A DNA stretch of 64,000 nucleotides from Candidatus Cloacimonadota bacterium (GCA_963676615.1 OY781092.1:800001-864000), one strand, 5' to 3'. Shown: positions 10,527-22,304, counted from the first letter of the stretch. Notes: generated from the letters alone by a model not told the origin. Numbers and translations: made by a program.

Positions 10527-11976
10527 TATAATTCGGCGCTTGCTTGGAGATGCTCACGCTGTGCGGATGCGACTCGCTTAGTCCTGCCGAAGTTATCTTT
10601 ACCAACTGCGCATTTTTTTGCAGCTCTTTGATATTTTGCGAGCCCGTATAGCCCATTCCAGCGCGGATGCCTCCGACCAACTGAAAAAGCACATCGCCCG
10701 CTTTTCCTTTGAACGCGACTTTACCCTCTATCCCTTCTGGGACGAGTTTTCGATCGCCTGCCTCCGCCTGAAAATATCTGTCTTTGCTACCTCTTTTCAT
10801 CGCTGCAAGAGAACCCATTCCCACATAAACCTTGTAGCGTCTGCCGTCCAAAAGAATCTCCTCGCCTGGCGTTTCCGAAGTCCCAGCCAGCAAGCTGCCA
10901 AGCATACAAACATCAGCCCCTGCCACCAAAGCTTTCACCACATCGCCCGAAAATTTGAGCCCGCCGTCGGCAATCACAGGAATGTTATGCTTTTTGGCGA
11001 CTTCGTAAACATCCATAATCGCCGTCACCTGCGGCACTCCGACGCCCGCAACCACGCGAGTTGTGCAGATAGAGCCCGGACCGATGCCCACTTTCAGGGC
11101 GCTAGCTCCCGCATCGATCAAACTTTTCGCCGCTTCGCCCGTGGCAATATTTCCGCCGATAATCCCCAAATCGGGAAACTCCCTGCGAATCTGCTTTATC
11201 AAATTTATCACGCCCAAAGAGTGTCCGTGCGCCGAATCGATCGCCACCACATCAACCCCCACATCCACTAACGCCCGCAACCGCTGGATGCTGTCGACAC
11301 TCACGCCAATAGACGCCCCGCAACGCAAACGCCCTTGCTCGTCCTTGCAAGCGCGCGGAAACTGTATCGCCTTGTCAATATCTTTAATCGTAATCAACCC
11401 AACGAGCTGGTCGTCGTCGCTCACAATCGGCAACTTCTCGATGCGATGCTCGCAAAGAATCTCCTTCGCCTGCTCCAGCGTCGTGCCCACTTTGCCCAAA
11501 ATCAGCCTCCCACGCGGCGTCATAAACTTACTAACTTTCGTATCGTCGAGCTTTCTGAACTTCAAATCCCGATTGGTAAAAATCCCCAAAATCTTATTTT
11601 GCGCGTCAACCACAGGCAATCCCGAAATTTTGAACTTGGCAAAAGTCGCCTCCGCCTCTTGCAATGTGGAATCTTCCGACAAAGTAATCGGCGAAACAAT
11701 CATTCCGTTCTCACACCTTTTGACCTTTTCCACCTCCATCGCCTGCTTGTGAATGCTCAAATTTTTGTGAATAAATCCAAGACCGCCCTCGCGCGCCATA
11801 GCAATAGCCAGCTCCGCCTCCGTAATCGTGTCCATCGCCGCACTCACCAGCGGAATATTCAACCGAATATCTTTGGTAATGAAAGTCGAAACATCCACGC
11901 CAGACGGCAAAATTTGCGACTCCCGCGGAATCACCAAAACATCATCGAAAGTCAAACCTTCGCCCACAATCTTCAT
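10519..11976 (-). CDS. guaB: IMP dehydrogenase
   Basis: GLTFDDVL start, CBS pair, catalytic [13 protein letters not shown]. Confidence 0.98.
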   Translation of the reverse strand: MKIVGEGLTFDDVLVIPRESQILPSGVDVSTFITKDIRLNIPLVSAAMDTITEAELAIAMAREGGLGFIHKNLSIHKQAMEVEKVKRCENGMIVSPITLSEDSTLQEAEATFAKFKISGLPVVDAQNKILGIFTNRDLKFRKLDDTKVSKFMTPRGRLILGKVGTTLEQAKEILCEHRIEKLPIVSDDDQLVGLITIKDIDKAIQFPRACKDEQGRLRCGASIGVSVDSIQRLRALVDVGVDVVAIDSAHGHSLGVINLIKQIRREFPDLGIIGGNIATGEAAKSLIDAGASALKVGIGPGSICTTRVVAGVGVPQVTAIMDVYEVAKKHNIPVIADGGLKFSGDVVKALVAGADVCMLGSLLAGTSETPGEEILLDGRRYKVYVGMGSLAAMKRGSKDRYFQAEAGDRKLVPEGIEGKVAFKGKAGDVLFQLVGGIRAGMGYTGSQNIKELQKNAQLVKITSAGLSESHPHSVSISKQAPNYNV

Positions 11977-11992
11977 CGTCTCCCCCTTTTTT

Positions 11993-13525
11993 TCATTCCC
12001 ACTCTATCGTGGCTGGCGGCTTGCTAGAAATATCGTAAACAACCCTGTTAATCCCCCGCACTTGGTTGATAATCTTCGCCGAGACATCCTCCAAAAAATC
12101 GTAGGGCAACCTCGACCAAGTAGCCGTCATAAAATCGCTGGTCTTTACGCAACGAATCACAGCGGTATATTCGTAGGTTCGCACATCGCCCATAACGCCC
12201 ACGGACTTCACCGGCAAAAGCGCCACAAACGCCTGCGACACAACATCATACAGCCCTTTATCCAAAAGTTCGCTCACCAAAATATCGTCCGCTTTTCGCA
12301 AAATATCGCACTTCTCTTTGCTCACTTCGCCCAAAATCCGAATGCCCAAACCAGGACCAGGAAACGGGTGCCGTTGCACCATCTTTTGCGGAATTCCCAA
12401 CAAAATCCCCAGCTTTCGCACCTCATCTTTGAAAAGCTCCCGCAGCGGCTCCAGCACCTGCAGATTCATCCGCTCTGGCAAACCGCCAACATTGTGATGG
12501 CTCTTTATCGTCATCGACGGACCCTGCACCGAAACCGACTCGATCACATCAGGATAAATCGTCCCTTGTCCCAAAAACTTTGCGCCCTCAACCTTTTTCG
12601 CCTCTCTCTGAAAAATCTCCACGAACAATTTTCCGATAATCTTCCGCTTTTCCTCTGGATCGCTCACGCCGCGCAACTCTCTCAAAAACTCCGCTTCCGC
12701 CTGCACATAATTTATCGCCATCCGAAAATTTTCTTGGTAACTCTTTTGAACTTTTTGCATCTCGTTCAACCGCAAAAGCCCCGTGTCCACAAAAATGCAA
12801 ATCAAATTTTTGCCGATAGCTCGACTGATAATCGCCGCCGCAACAGACGAATCCACACCACCAGAAAGCCCAAGCACCACCTTGTTTTCGCCCACAATCT
12901 GCCGAATTTCCGCAACGCTTTTTTCGATATAATCGTCGATACTCCAATTTTTTTGGGCACCACAAATATCAAACACAAAATTTTGCAAAATCTTGGAGCC
13001 AAACTCCGAATGAGTAACCTCGGGATGAAATTGGAGATTGTAAATCTTGCGGCGCTCGTCTTCCAGAGCCGCCACACAAGAATCGGTTGTGGCAATCGGC
13101 ACAAAACCGTCGGCAAAAACGCTCACTTTGTCGCCGTGGCTCATCCAAATCGTCGAACTCCTAGGCACTCCCGCCAAAAGCGCAGAACTCAACCCCAGCA
13201 GCATCTGCGCCTTGCCGAACTCCCGTTTGCCCGCTTTTTCCACTTTGCCGCCAAGCAGCTGCTGCGTCAGTTGCATCCCATAGCAAATCCCCAAAACAGG
13301 AACGCCAAGCTCAAAAATTTTTTCGGAAATTTTGGGAGAATTTTCTTCATAAACAGAAGCAGGACCGCCCGACAAAATAACGCCCACTGGCTTTTTGCGC
13401 AAAATCTCTTCCAAAGAAACAGAATACGGCAAAATCTCGGCATAAACGCCCAATTCACGCACTCTTCTGGCAATCAGCTGATTATATTGCGAACCAAAAT
13501 CGAGGATTATCACGCCATTTTGCAT
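11993..13525 (-). CDS. guaA: GMP synthase (glutamine-hydrolysing)
   Basis: [37 protein letters not shown]. Confidence 0.98.
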   Translation of the reverse strand: MQNGVIILDFGSQYNQLIARRVRELGVYAEILPYSVSLEEILRKKPVGVILSGGPASVYEENSPKISEKIFELGVPVLGICYGMQLTQQLLGGKVEKAGKREFGKAQMLLGLSSALLAGVPRSSTIWMSHGDKVSVFADGFVPIATTDSCVAALEDERRKIYNLQFHPEVTHSEFGSKILQNFVFDICGAQKNWSIDDYIEKSVAEIRQIVGENKVVLGLSGGVDSSVAAAIISRAIGKNLICIFVDTGLLRLNEMQKVQKSYQENFRMAINYVQAEAEFLRELRGVSDPEEKRKIIGKLFVEIFQREAKKVEGAKFLGQGTIYPDVIESVSVQGPSMTIKSHHNVGGLPERMNLQVLEPLRELFKDEVRKLGILLGIPQKMVQRHPFPGPGLGIRILGEVSKEKCDILRKADDILVSELLDKGLYDVVSQAFVALLPVKSVGVMGDVRTYEYTAVIRCVKTSDFMTATWSRLPYDFLEDVSAKIINQVRGINRVVYDISSKPPATIEWE

Positions 13526-13588
13526 CGCATCTCCCTATTTTTTTTGCTTATCGGATTTTACCTGTTTGCCACATCGAACAAAGCCGCA

Positions 13589-14002
13589 CTACTTCTGCAA
13601 CTCGCTCGCTTTTTTGGCAAAAAAATCCGCTTTACCTTTTTCGCCAGTTTTGGTATAAATCTTTGCCAGCAAATCGTAAGCTTCTGCCTTTTTCGGCAAA
13701 AAATATTCGGCATAAAACTGCAAATATTTCACCGCTCTATCGGCGTTATAGTTTTCAAAAGCGCTCTTGCCAGCGCTAAAAATCGCCTCTTCCAGCTTCT
13801 GCTGCTCGGGAATATCCGCATCGCTGTCAAACTTTGCTTGCATCTTCTTCAAAACAGCATACGCCTGCAAATAATCTTCGTCCAAAATGCACTGTTTATA
13901 CTGCTTGGAATAAAACTCTTTCTGCGCCTGAAAATCTATCTCTTGCCCAAATAAAGCCGCAAAAAAAAGCAAAAAACCAACCACAAATCTAAATTTTTTC
14001 AT
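13589..14002 (-). CDS. Exported hypothetical protein, helical/TPR-like
   Basis: Signal-peptide-like N-terminus; overlaps the amidase stop; AYxLLAKIY TPR-like pattern. Confidence 0.6.
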   Translation of the reverse strand: MKKFRFVVGFLLFFAALFGQEIDFQAQKEFYSKQYKQCILDEDYLQAYAVLKKMQAKFDSDADIPEQQKLEEAIFSAGKSAFENYNADRAVKYLQFYAEYFLPKKAEAYDLLAKIYTKTGEKGKADFFAKKASELQK

Positions 14003-15098
14003 AATCTTTTTTAAACTTCAACACTCCGTTTAATATCGCCCGCACAAATTTTTCTTGATAATTGTCCGAATTTAGCTGCTTCTCTTGCGTCGGATTGGAA
14101 ATAAAGCCCAATTCAACCAAAATCGCTGGCATAAAAGCGCCCTTCAGCACATAAAAAGGACCCTGCTTCACACCTCTATCGTTAAAGCCCGTGAGGCTGA
14201 CCATCTGCTCCTGCACGCAATGCGCCAAATCGTTACTCGCCAGCAGATGCTCCGACAAAGCCATATCTTTGAGCACAAAATCCAAATCGTTGTAATGCGC
14301 CAAAGCCGACGCGCCCTCGTATTTGCTCACCACCGAGTTCTCCACGGCGATAGCCTCTTGCACCCGCTTGTCCGTCACTTTTGATGTCGAGAGGATAAAC
14401 ACCTCCGTGCCCTTTCGGCTCTTCTGCCGCGAGGCGTTGCAATGTATCGAAATAAACAAATCCGCCTTGTAGTCGTTCGCCAGTTGCGCTCGTTTGCGCA
14501 GCTCCACAAACTCGTCCTTGTTGCGAGTCAGCAAAACATTTATCCCGTTTCGAGCCAACGCTTTAGCCAGCTTTTGTGCAATCTGCAAAGTCAAAACTTT
14601 TTCGTAAGAGTTTTTGCCAACAGCGCCTGGGTCTTTTCCACCGTGTCCTGCGTCAATAACCACCATATCGATTTTCGACGACTGAAAAGTGCTCTCCGAG
14701 GCAACAATCTCGCCCTTGTCTTCGTCGTAAGCAAACTGCGTATTAAATTTCGGCAAAATCATCCCCAAAGTTACCAGAGGCAAGTAGTATTTTCCGTCAA
14801 TCACCCGCAGCGGATACGAAAAATTGTAGATATCTTCGTCCAAAATCACATAGCTGGCGCTAATCAAAAAAGTAAGTTTCTGCTTATTAAAGCCCAAAGT
14901 CAAATTATTTTCCAAAATATTTTCATCAATTTGCACATCAAAAAGCTTTTTCAGCTCGTAAACATTGTAATAATCGACCTCGTCAATTTTTTTCGTGTTA
15001 AACTCCTCACCTTGCGAAGAGTTGGAATAGACCACTTTTATCGCCGGCAAAAACGCAATCCATAACAAAAAACCAAAAAATAAACAAACCTTTTTCAT
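13989..15098 (-). CDS. N-acetylmuramoyl-L-alanine amidase (Amidase_3)
   Basis: VVIDAGHGGKDPGA, FISIHCN, AILVELGFISN. Confidence 0.95.
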   Translation of the reverse strand: MKKVCLFFGFLLWIAFLPAIKVVYSNSSQGEEFNTKKIDEVDYYNVYELKKLFDVQIDENILENNLTLGFNKQKLTFLISASYVILDEDIYNFSYPLRVIDGKYYLPLVTLGMILPKFNTQFAYDEDKGEIVASESTFQSSKIDMVVIDAGHGGKDPGAVGKNSYEKVLTLQIAQKLAKALARNGINVLLTRNKDEFVELRKRAQLANDYKADLFISIHCNASRQKSRKGTEVFILSTSKVTDKRVQEAIAVENSVVSKYEGASALAHYNDLDFVLKDMALSEHLLASNDLAHCVQEQMVSLTGFNDRGVKQGPFYVLKGAFMPAILVELGFISNPTQEKQLNSDNYQEKFVRAILNGVLKFKKDYEKI

Positions 15099-15104
15099 AA
15101 AAAT

Positions 15105-16607
15105 TTACTTCACCTGCCTCATCTGCGGAAACAGCATCACATCCCGGATTGAGTCGTTTTCGGTCAAAAGCATTATCATCCTGTCCACGCCAATTCCCAA
15201 TCCACCCGTGGGCGGCATCGCATACTCCAGCGCCTCCAAAAAGTCGTAATCGACGGTGTTCGCCTCGTCGTCGCCCAGCTCCCGCTTTTTCGCCTGATCC
15301 TCCATCCGCGCTGCCTGCTCCATCGGGTCGTTCAACTCCGAAAAAGCGTTGGCAAACTCCTTTCCACCGATAAAAAGCTCGAACCTGTCGGTCAAGCGGC
15401 TATCGTCGCTCTTCTGTTTTGCCAGCGGCGAAATCTCTTTGGGATAGTCCACCACGAAAGTCGGCTGCACCAATTTTTCTTCCACAAAAGCGTCAAAAAC
15501 CTCCGCCAGCAAAGCTCCCGCTCCCATCGACGCTTCCACCTCAATATTTTTGCTCTTGCAAAAAGCCGCCAAACGCTCATAGTCCAAATCCGCAAAATCT
15601 TCGCCCGTAAACTCCTTCACCAAATCGACCATCGACGCCTTTTTGAACGGCGCCTCAACCTTGATTTTGTAGCCGTTAAACTCGAACTCGTCTTTGCTCA
15701 TCACCTCTTTTGCCACGCGCACAAAAAGCTCCTGCGTAATCTCCATCATCCCCTGCAAATCGCTATACGCCTGATACAGCTCAATCGCCGTAAACTCGGG
15801 GTTGTGCGTTCTGTCCACGCCTTCGTTACGGAAATTTTTGCCAATCTCGTAAACTTTTTCGTATCCACCCACAATAAGCCGCTTCAGATAAAGCTCGGTG
15901 GCTATCCGCAGAAAAAAATCTTTGCCCAGCGAATTGTAAAAAGTTGTAAAAGGCTTGGCGTTCGCGCCGCCATACAGCGGCTGCATCACTGGCGTATCCA
16001 CCTCCAAAAATCCTCGCTCATCCAAAATTTGCCTGATTTTTGCAACGATCTTCGCCCGATGCACGAAAGTTTGCTTCACATCGGGATTCAAAATAAGATC
16101 CAGATACCGCTTGCGATAACGAAGCTCCGTGTCGGCAAACTCGTCGAAACGCACCAACTGTCCGTCCACCTCTTTCTGCTTCACCGTCGGAAGCGGACGA
16201 ATACCTTTGCTGAGCATCGCCACATTGGTCACCTTCAGCGAAAACTGTCCAGTCTTTGTCACAAACGCAACCCCTTGAGCCTGCACAATATCGCCCAAAT
16301 CGAACAGCTTAAAAACCTCGTAGTTCGCATCGCCCGTCTCCTGCTTGCTCACATAAAGCTGCATCCTGCCACTGCTATCCTCCAAATCGGCAAACCCGAT
16401 CTTCCCCTGACGCCTGAGCGCCCGCAAACGCCCGCAAATCGTCACCTCTTCTTGCGAATCGATAAATCCCTGTTGGTCGCCCAACAATTGCCCAATATCG
16501 ACGCTCCGCCGACTTTCTATAGGATAAGGATTTACACCTAACTCTTTCAATTTCTGCAACTTCTGCTTCTTCAATCCGATAATCTGCTTGTCGTTATTTT
16601 GCATCAA
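15105..16607 (-). CDS. lysS: Lysine--tRNA ligase (class II)
   Basis: LRIATELYLKRL, FRNEG, HNPEFT, PPTGGLGIGVDR. Confidence 0.98.
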   Translation of the reverse strand: MMQNNDKQIIGLKKQKLQKLKELGVNPYPIESRRSVDIGQLLGDQQGFIDSQEEVTICGRLRALRRQGKIGFADLEDSSGRMQLYVSKQETGDANYEVFKLFDLGDIVQAQGVAFVTKTGQFSLKVTNVAMLSKGIRPLPTVKQKEVDGQLVRFDEFADTELRYRKRYLDLILNPDVKQTFVHRAKIVAKIRQILDERGFLEVDTPVMQPLYGGANAKPFTTFYNSLGKDFFLRIATELYLKRLIVGGYEKVYEIGKNFRNEGVDRTHNPEFTAIELYQAYSDLQGMMEITQELFVRVAKEVMSKDEFEFNGYKIKVEAPFKKASMVDLVKEFTGEDFADLDYERLAAFCKSKNIEVEASMGAGALLAEVFDAFVEEKLVQPTFVVDYPKEISPLAKQKSDDSRLTDRFELFIGGKEFANAFSELNDPMEQAARMEDQAKKRELGDDEANTVDYDFLEALEYAMPPTGGLGIGVDRMIMLLTENDSIRDVMLFPQMRQVK

Positions 16608-17005
16608 CTTTCCTCATTTATCTCTCTAATATTCTCTTTTTTAAAACTCAAACTCAACCTAATCGCGCCTTCTGGCAACAAATCGCTTGCAAGCTCTGGC
16701 CATTCGATCAAACACACGCCCTGCTCCATACACTCCTGCAAACCCAGCTCATACACCTCTTCCACCTCTTGCAGCCGATACAAATCAAAATGAAAAATCG
16801 GCAATCGTCCCTGATAACAGTTCATCAAAACATACGACGGACTCGTCACTGGAGCGCTCACGCCGAGCGCCTTGCAAAGCGCCTTAATCAAAAAAGTTTT
16901 GCCAACTCCCAGCGGACCTGTAAAAGTCACCACACTGCCCACGCTCAACTTTTTCGCCAGCTGATTTGCATAAGCCACGCTGTCTGCGGGCGTTTTTATC
17001 ATCAT
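16604..17005 (-). CDS. tsaE: tRNA threonylcarbamoyladenosine biosynthesis ATPase
   Basis: GPLGVGKT Walker A, VTSPSY, HFDLYRL, IEW. Confidence 0.95.
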   Translation of the reverse strand: MMIKTPADSVAYANQLAKKLSVGSVVTFTGPLGVGKTFLIKALCKALGVSAPVTSPSYVLMNCYQGRLPIFHFDLYRLQEVEEVYELGLQECMEQGVCLIEWPELASDLLPEGAIRLSLSFKKENIREINEES

Positions 17006-18282
17006 AATTGCAAAAGAAACTGCTTGAATCGTTTGTAATCAACACCCATCGGCAAAGAGACCTTTTCCCTTGACGCATAAGCCGCCAGCCGCTCTGGAAT
17101 TTTCGGCTTCTCGCCCAAAATCGACTCCATCTCCTCCAAAAATTTCGCAGGATGCGCCGTTTCGGCAAAAACGCCGTATTTTCCCGCTGGCAAAAGCTCC
17201 TTCAAACCCAAATAAGCAAAAGCCCCGTGCGGATCTAGCAGATAGCCAAACTTCGCCCAAACATCTTTAATCGCTTCGCGCGCCTGCGCATCAGAAAAAT
17301 CTGCACCCAACAAATCGCGGCGGAATTTTTCCAAATCGTTGCCGTAGAAATCGAACAAACGCCCAGTATTGCTGGGATTGCCGACATCCATTGCCGAGGC
17401 TATCGTGTGGATTGTCGATTTCGGCGCATACTCTCCCAAAGCTAAATATCGCGGCACAACATTGTTGGCGTTGCACGAAGCGACGATCTTTTCGACTGGC
17501 AGCCCCATCTCTTTGGCAAAAACGCACGCCGTGAGATTTCCAAAATTTCCGCTAGGGATACTCACCCAAAAACTTTCCTGCGGAATTTGAGCAAAAGCTC
17601 CAAAATAGTAGAAAGTTTGCGGAATCAGCCGCCCAATATTTATCGAATTTGCCGAAGAAACCTGCATTTTTTTTGCCAATTCGGCGTCGGACAAAGCAGC
17701 CTTTGCCATCGCCTGACAATCGTCGAAATCGCCAGCCACCTCCAGCGCCGTTATGTTTTGCCCCAAAGTCGTCAGCTGCTTCTCCTGCAACGGACTGACC
17801 TTGCCAGAAGGATAAAGAATCACGACGCGAATACCATCAACACCCAAAAATCCGTTGGCAACCGCACTGCCCGTGTCGCCAGAGGTCGCAACCACAATCG
17901 TAATCTGCTTACCCAGCTTTTTGTTCAACTCCCGTAGCAACCGCGACATAAAGCGCGCACCGAAATCTTTGAACGCCAAAGTCGGACCGTGAAAAAGTTC
18001 CAGCGAAGCGATATTTTGCTCAACTTCCACCACAGGCGCAGGAAAATTTATCGAATCTTGCACGATATCTTGAATTTGCGAATTGCTCAAATCCTCGTCC
18101 AAAAATGCTTTGGCTATCTCAAACGAAATCTCTGGCAGGCTCATTTTTTTGATTGCCGAGAGAAAGCCAGCCTTAGGCAAACTGCACGGCATATACAGCC
18201 CCTTGTCGGTCGGCATCCCCTGCACGATTGCCACGCTCAAATCGACAATCTGACTGCGGTTGTTGGTATTATAAAATCGCAT
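17002..18282 (-). CDS. thrC: Threonine synthase
   Basis: ELFHGPTLAFKDFG, ATSGDTG, NSINIGR, PSGNFGN; start placed at MRFYNT. Confidence 0.96.
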   Translation of the reverse strand: MRFYNTNNRSQIVDLSVAIVQGMPTDKGLYMPCSLPKAGFLSAIKKMSLPEISFEIAKAFLDEDLSNSQIQDIVQDSINFPAPVVEVEQNIASLELFHGPTLAFKDFGARFMSRLLRELNKKLGKQITIVVATSGDTGSAVANGFLGVDGIRVVILYPSGKVSPLQEKQLTTLGQNITALEVAGDFDDCQAMAKAALSDAELAKKMQVSSANSINIGRLIPQTFYYFGAFAQIPQESFWVSIPSGNFGNLTACVFAKEMGLPVEKIVASCNANNVVPRYLALGEYAPKSTIHTIASAMDVGNPSNTGRLFDFYGNDLEKFRRDLLGADFSDAQAREAIKDVWAKFGYLLDPHGAFAYLGLKELLPAGKYGVFAETAHPAKFLEEMESILGEKPKIPERLAAYASREKVSLPMGVDYKRFKQFLLQL

Positions 18283-18384
18283 AAAACACTCCAAAATTTT
18301 ATGTAAATTTTACCAATCGCTTTTTTTGTCAAGAAAAAGAGGCGACTCTCTAGCAGGGGCAAGACACCTACTTTTTTTCTCTTA

Positions 18385-19008
18385 GCAGATTGATTTTCTC
18401 CAAGACGCCAAGGAGTGTCTTGGGCTTCCTGCCTTTCTTCCCTCATTCTCGCGGAAGCGGGAATCCATCTCCAACACCATTCTGAGAAATGGGGATGGGC
18501 GGTGGCGGGTTTAACTATTACCTAATAACTAATACCTGTCTGACACCAAAATAGAGGCTTATCATTTGCTGCTTATATTTTGGTGTCAGAACCCGATGAA
18601 GCGGGATGCCGCCTCGCCTGCTTGTGCGCCCAGTCTGGCGATAGGGCGGAAACCTCCGCTTCAGAAAAGACAAAAGACACGAACTGTTGCCTTTCAGCCT
18701 GCAACGCTAACCAAAGAAAACCAAAACCTTGCGAAAAACACACGGGAACGACCACACTTTATTCTTTCTGGTGACTCGGGCGTCTTTTGACATTGAAGCG
18801 GAGCGGTTTTCTTTTCTCCTCTATCTTTTCTTTGAGCGGTCAAAGAAAAGATGGAGTCCCGTCTGGTAAGACATCATCTCTAACAGCATTCTGCGAAACG
18901 AATTTAGGCAGCGTTGGGTTTAACTATTACCTAATAACTTTTACCTGTCTAACACCAAAATAGTGGCTTATCATTTATTGCTTATATTTTGGTGTCAGAC
19001 CTCTGCCT
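18385..19008. repeat. Intergenic mosaic of palindromic repeat modules
   Basis: Contains a REP-like hairpin (18440-18467), two TCTGACACC-type hairpins (18539-18590, 18948-18999) and the right half of the ~455-bp element; all recur at 43-63.6 kb. Confidence 0.9.
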
Positions 19009-19013
19009 AATAA

Positions 19014-20075
19014 CTAAAAAAACGGCAAATACAGCTGCGAATACGCTTTTTTTTGCAGCGCATTCAGCCCGCCAGCCCCCACACCCAAAAGCCGCACGGG
19101 CTTCCCTTTTTGCCAATGATTTTGCAAAAGCCCAACCGCAGTTTTGAAAATCAAATCGAAATCGTCAATTCCAGCAAAAAAACTTTTGGTTCGGGTGATT
19201 ACCCGAAAATCGGCATACTTAATTTTCAAAACGATGCTTTTGGCTGTCCGCCCCTTTGCCTTGAGCTTTTCAGCCACCAAATACGTCAACTTTTTCAGCT
19301 CAAACTCCATCCTCTCTCTCGCCCACAAATCGTGCGCAAAAGTCGTCTCTTTGCCGATAGATTTCTGCTCTCTGGCGGGCATAACAGGTCGCTGATCAAC
19401 GCCTCGTGCCACCTGATACAAAAAAGTTCCGCTCTTGCCGAACTGACGAACCAAATCATTCATCTGCCAAAGCCGCAAATCGCCGCCGCTATAAATCCCA
19501 AGGCTTTTCATCTTTTTCGCCAAAACTTTACCGACACCAAAAAATTTTTCGATAGGCAAATTACTCAAAAACTCTTCCGCCTCTTCGGGCAAAATTACCG
19601 TCAACCCATCTGGCTTGTTCGCATCCGAGGCTAGCTTTGCCAAAAATTTATTGTAAGAAACTCCCGCAGAAGCAGTTAAGCCCGTCTCTTTTTTGATTTT
19701 CGCCTTGATATCACGCGCCAAAAGCGACGCCGATTTATTGCCCAAATAGCTAACATCCAAAAACGCCTCATCAATCGACAACGGCTCTACCAACGCGGTA
19801 AACTCCCGAAAAATCTCCATAATCTGCGCCGAAACGCCCCGATATTTGTCGAAACCGCCGTCGATGAATATCGCCTTAGGGCAAAGTTTTTGCGCCCGCA
19901 CGCAACTCATGGCAGAATGCACGCCAAAAGCACGCGCCTCATACGAACAAGTGGACACAACGCCGCGCCGATGCAAAGAGCCGATTATCACAGGCTTCCC
20001 CTGCAATTTTGGATTATCCCGCATCTCCACAGCCGCAAAAAAAGCGTCCATATCCACATGAATAATCTTTCGCAT
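19014..20075 (-). CDS. dinB: DNA polymerase IV
   Basis: IIHVDMDAFFAAVE, SYEAR, SIDEAFLD, SYNKFLAK. Confidence 0.97.
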   Translation of the reverse strand: MRKIIHVDMDAFFAAVEMRDNPKLQGKPVIIGSLHRRGVVSTCSYEARAFGVHSAMSCVRAQKLCPKAIFIDGGFDKYRGVSAQIMEIFREFTALVEPLSIDEAFLDVSYLGNKSASLLARDIKAKIKKETGLTASAGVSYNKFLAKLASDANKPDGLTVILPEEAEEFLSNLPIEKFFGVGKVLAKKMKSLGIYSGGDLRLWQMNDLVRQFGKSGTFLYQVARGVDQRPVMPAREQKSIGKETTFAHDLWARERMEFELKKLTYLVAEKLKAKGRTAKSIVLKIKYADFRVITRTKSFFAGIDDFDLIFKTAVGLLQNHWQKGKPVRLLGVGAGGLNALQKKAYSQLYLPFF

Positions 20076-20132
20076 AAATTTTTGCTAACTACCTTAAACT
20101 GCTAGAAATCAAAGCGTTACAGCTTCTAAAAC

Positions 20133-21062
20133 TTACAGAATCGCCGCAAGAATCGCTTTTTGAGCGTGAAGACGATTTTCCGCTTCCTGAAAAACCACCG
20201 ACTGCTTCGACTCGATTACCTCGTCCGTCAACTCGTGCCCACGATACGCTGGCAAACAGTGCATCACAATCGCCGACGGTTTGGCAAACCCCAGCAACTT
20301 TTTATCAATCTGAAAAGATTTAAACCGCTGGATTCTCTCCTTTTTCTCCGCCTCCTCGCCCATACTCACCCAAGTGTCCGTGCACAAAACATCTGCATCG
20401 TGCACCGCAAAGCGCACATCGTCAGTCAGCAAAAAAGAGCCGCCATTTTCTGCCGCCAGAGCTTTGGCTTTTTGCACATAATCTTCCCGCGGCTTGTAGC
20501 CAGAAGGCGCAGCCACCACCATCTCCATCCCCATTTTGGCGCAACCAATCATCAGCGAATGCGCCATATTGTTGCCATCGCCGATATAAACAAACTTTTT
20601 GCCGCTCAGATCTCGCCCAAACTGCTCTTGCATCGTGAGCAAATCCGCCATAACCTGACACGGATGCAGCAAATCGGTCAAACCGTTAATCACAGGAATG
20701 TCCGCATATTTGGCTAGCTCCAGCACATCGCTGTGATCGTAGGTGCGGATCATTATGCCGTCCAAATAGCCCGAAAGCACACGGGCGGTGTCTTTTATCA
20801 GCTCGCCTCTGCCAAGCTGCGTGTCTGCCGCCGACAAAAACAACGGATAGCCGCCAAGCTGATACATTCCGACCTCAAAAGAGACTCTGGTTCTGGTGGA
20901 ACTTTTCTGAAAAATCAGCCCAAGCGTCTTGCCAGCAAGCGGTTTATGCTCCTTGCCAGCCTTAAAATCCGCCTTAATATCGCGCGCCAAATCCAGCAAA
21001 TACTCAATCTCGGCTCTGCTCCAATCTTCCAAAGCTATAAAATCTCTACCCTTTAAATCCAT
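20133..21062 (-). CDS. argF: Ornithine carbamoyltransferase
   Basis: SSTRTRVSFE, HPCQ, DTWVSMG, HCLP; start placed at MDLKGRDF. Confidence 0.96.
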   Translation of the reverse strand: MDLKGRDFIALEDWSRAEIEYLLDLARDIKADFKAGKEHKPLAGKTLGLIFQKSSTRTRVSFEVGMYQLGGYPLFLSAADTQLGRGELIKDTARVLSGYLDGIMIRTYDHSDVLELAKYADIPVINGLTDLLHPCQVMADLLTMQEQFGRDLSGKKFVYIGDGNNMAHSLMIGCAKMGMEMVVAAPSGYKPREDYVQKAKALAAENGGSFLLTDDVRFAVHDADVLCTDTWVSMGEEAEKKERIQRFKSFQIDKKLLGFAKPSAIVMHCLPAYRGHELTDEVIESKQSVVFQEAENRLHAQKAILAAIL

Positions 21063-21119
21063 TTTGCGTCTCCTTCTTAATCTTCGTCGTTTCCCCAAAA
21101 TCGCCGATTTTTTCGCAAT

Positions 21120-22304
21120 CTAAACAATTTTCTCCAAAATCGCTATCGCCTTGTCCACATCGTGAACGCTCGTGTTAAGCGCCGGCAAAAACCGCAATGT
21201 CGAATCTCCGCAAGTGCAAAAAAACAGACCAGCCTCGGCACATTTTTTCATAATCTCTTTGGCTTTTGGCTCGTGCAACTCTGCGCCGATCATCAATCCT
21301 AAACCCCTTATCTCCTTGAACTTATCGCCTTTAATCTCCCGCAATTTTTGTCGAAAATAGCCGCCAGTTCTGCTCACACTCTTCAAAAAATCTTCATCCG
21401 CAATAACGCTCACAATCTCCTTTGCCACGCCGCAAACAAACGGATTTCCGCCAAAAGTCGAACCGTGATCGCCAGGAGAAAAAGCCGCAGCAACGCTATC
21501 TTTCGCCAAAATCGCACCGATAGGCAAACCGCCACCGAGCGCTTTTGCGCAAGTAATAATGTCGGGCTCAATTTGGCTGTGCTCATAAGCAAAAAATTTT
21601 CCCGTTCTGCCAATGCCAGACTGCACCTCGTCACAAATCAGCAAAATATTTCTCTTGCGACAAAGCTTTTGCAGCTCTTGCATAAAATCGGCAGGCAAAA
21701 CATTCACTCCGCCCTCGCCCTGCACGGGCTCCAGCAAAATCGCACAAACATCGTCGGTCATCTTCGCTTTGGCTTTTTGCAAATCGCACTCCACATAATC
21801 CACGCCCTGCAAAAGCGGCGAAAAATATTTGTGAAAATTGTCCTGCCCAGTTGCCGTAAGAGTTGCCAAAGTCCTGCCGTGAAAGGAGCCTTGCAAAGTC
21901 AAAATCTTGTTTTTCCCTTTGCCAAAATTTTTCTCAGCCCAAATCCGTGCCAGCTTCATCGCTCCTTCGTTTGCCTCCGCTCCAGAATTTGCAAAAAACG
22001 CCTTGTCGCCGCAGCTAAGCTCCACCAGCATTTGCGCCAGCTCGATCTGCTCCACCGTCCAAAAATAGTTGGAACAGTGAATAATCTTCTGCGCTTGCTG
22101 CTCAATTTTGGCGACCATCTGCGGATTGCAATGCCCAAGCCCATTCACCGCAATTCCACCCAAAAAATCCAGATACTGCTTACCCTGCACATCCTGCGCA
22201 AGATTTCCCTTGCCCTTATCCAGCACAATCGGCAGCCTCCCGTAGGTGTTCATCAAAAATTTCTGCCCTTTTTTTATTAGCTCTTGCACTTTTTTCTCCT
22301 TCAA
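21120..22304 (-). CDS. argD: Acetylornithine aminotransferase
   Basis: NSGAEANE, SFHGRT, DEVQSG, AKALGGG, HGSTFGGNP; adjacent to argF. Confidence 0.92.
   Translation of the reverse strand: MKEKKVQELIKKGQKFLMNTYGRLPIVLDKGKGNLAQDVQGKQYLDFLGGIAVNGLGHCNPQMVAKIEQQAQKIIHCSNYFWTVEQIELAQMLVELSCGDKAFFANSGAEANEGAMKLARIWAEKNFGKGKNKILTLQGSFHGRTLATLTATGQDNFHKYFSPLLQGVDYVECDLQKAKAKMTDDVCAILLEPVQGEGGVNVLPADFMQELQKLCRKRNILLICDEVQSGIGRTGKFFAYEHSQIEPDIITCAKALGGGLPIGAILAKDSVAAAFSPGDHGSTFGGNPFVCGVAKEIVSVIADEDFLKSVSRTGGYFRQKLREIKGDKFKEIRGLGLMIGAELHEPKAKEIMKKCAEAGLFFCTCGDSTLRFLPALNTSVHDVDKAIAILEKIV

Noticed and set aside
11828..13954. 708-aa plus-strand ORF (and similar ones at 24656-26023 and 37659-39218)
   Set aside because: Antisense shadows of guaA, fprA and the carboxyltransferase, with no recognisable motifs.
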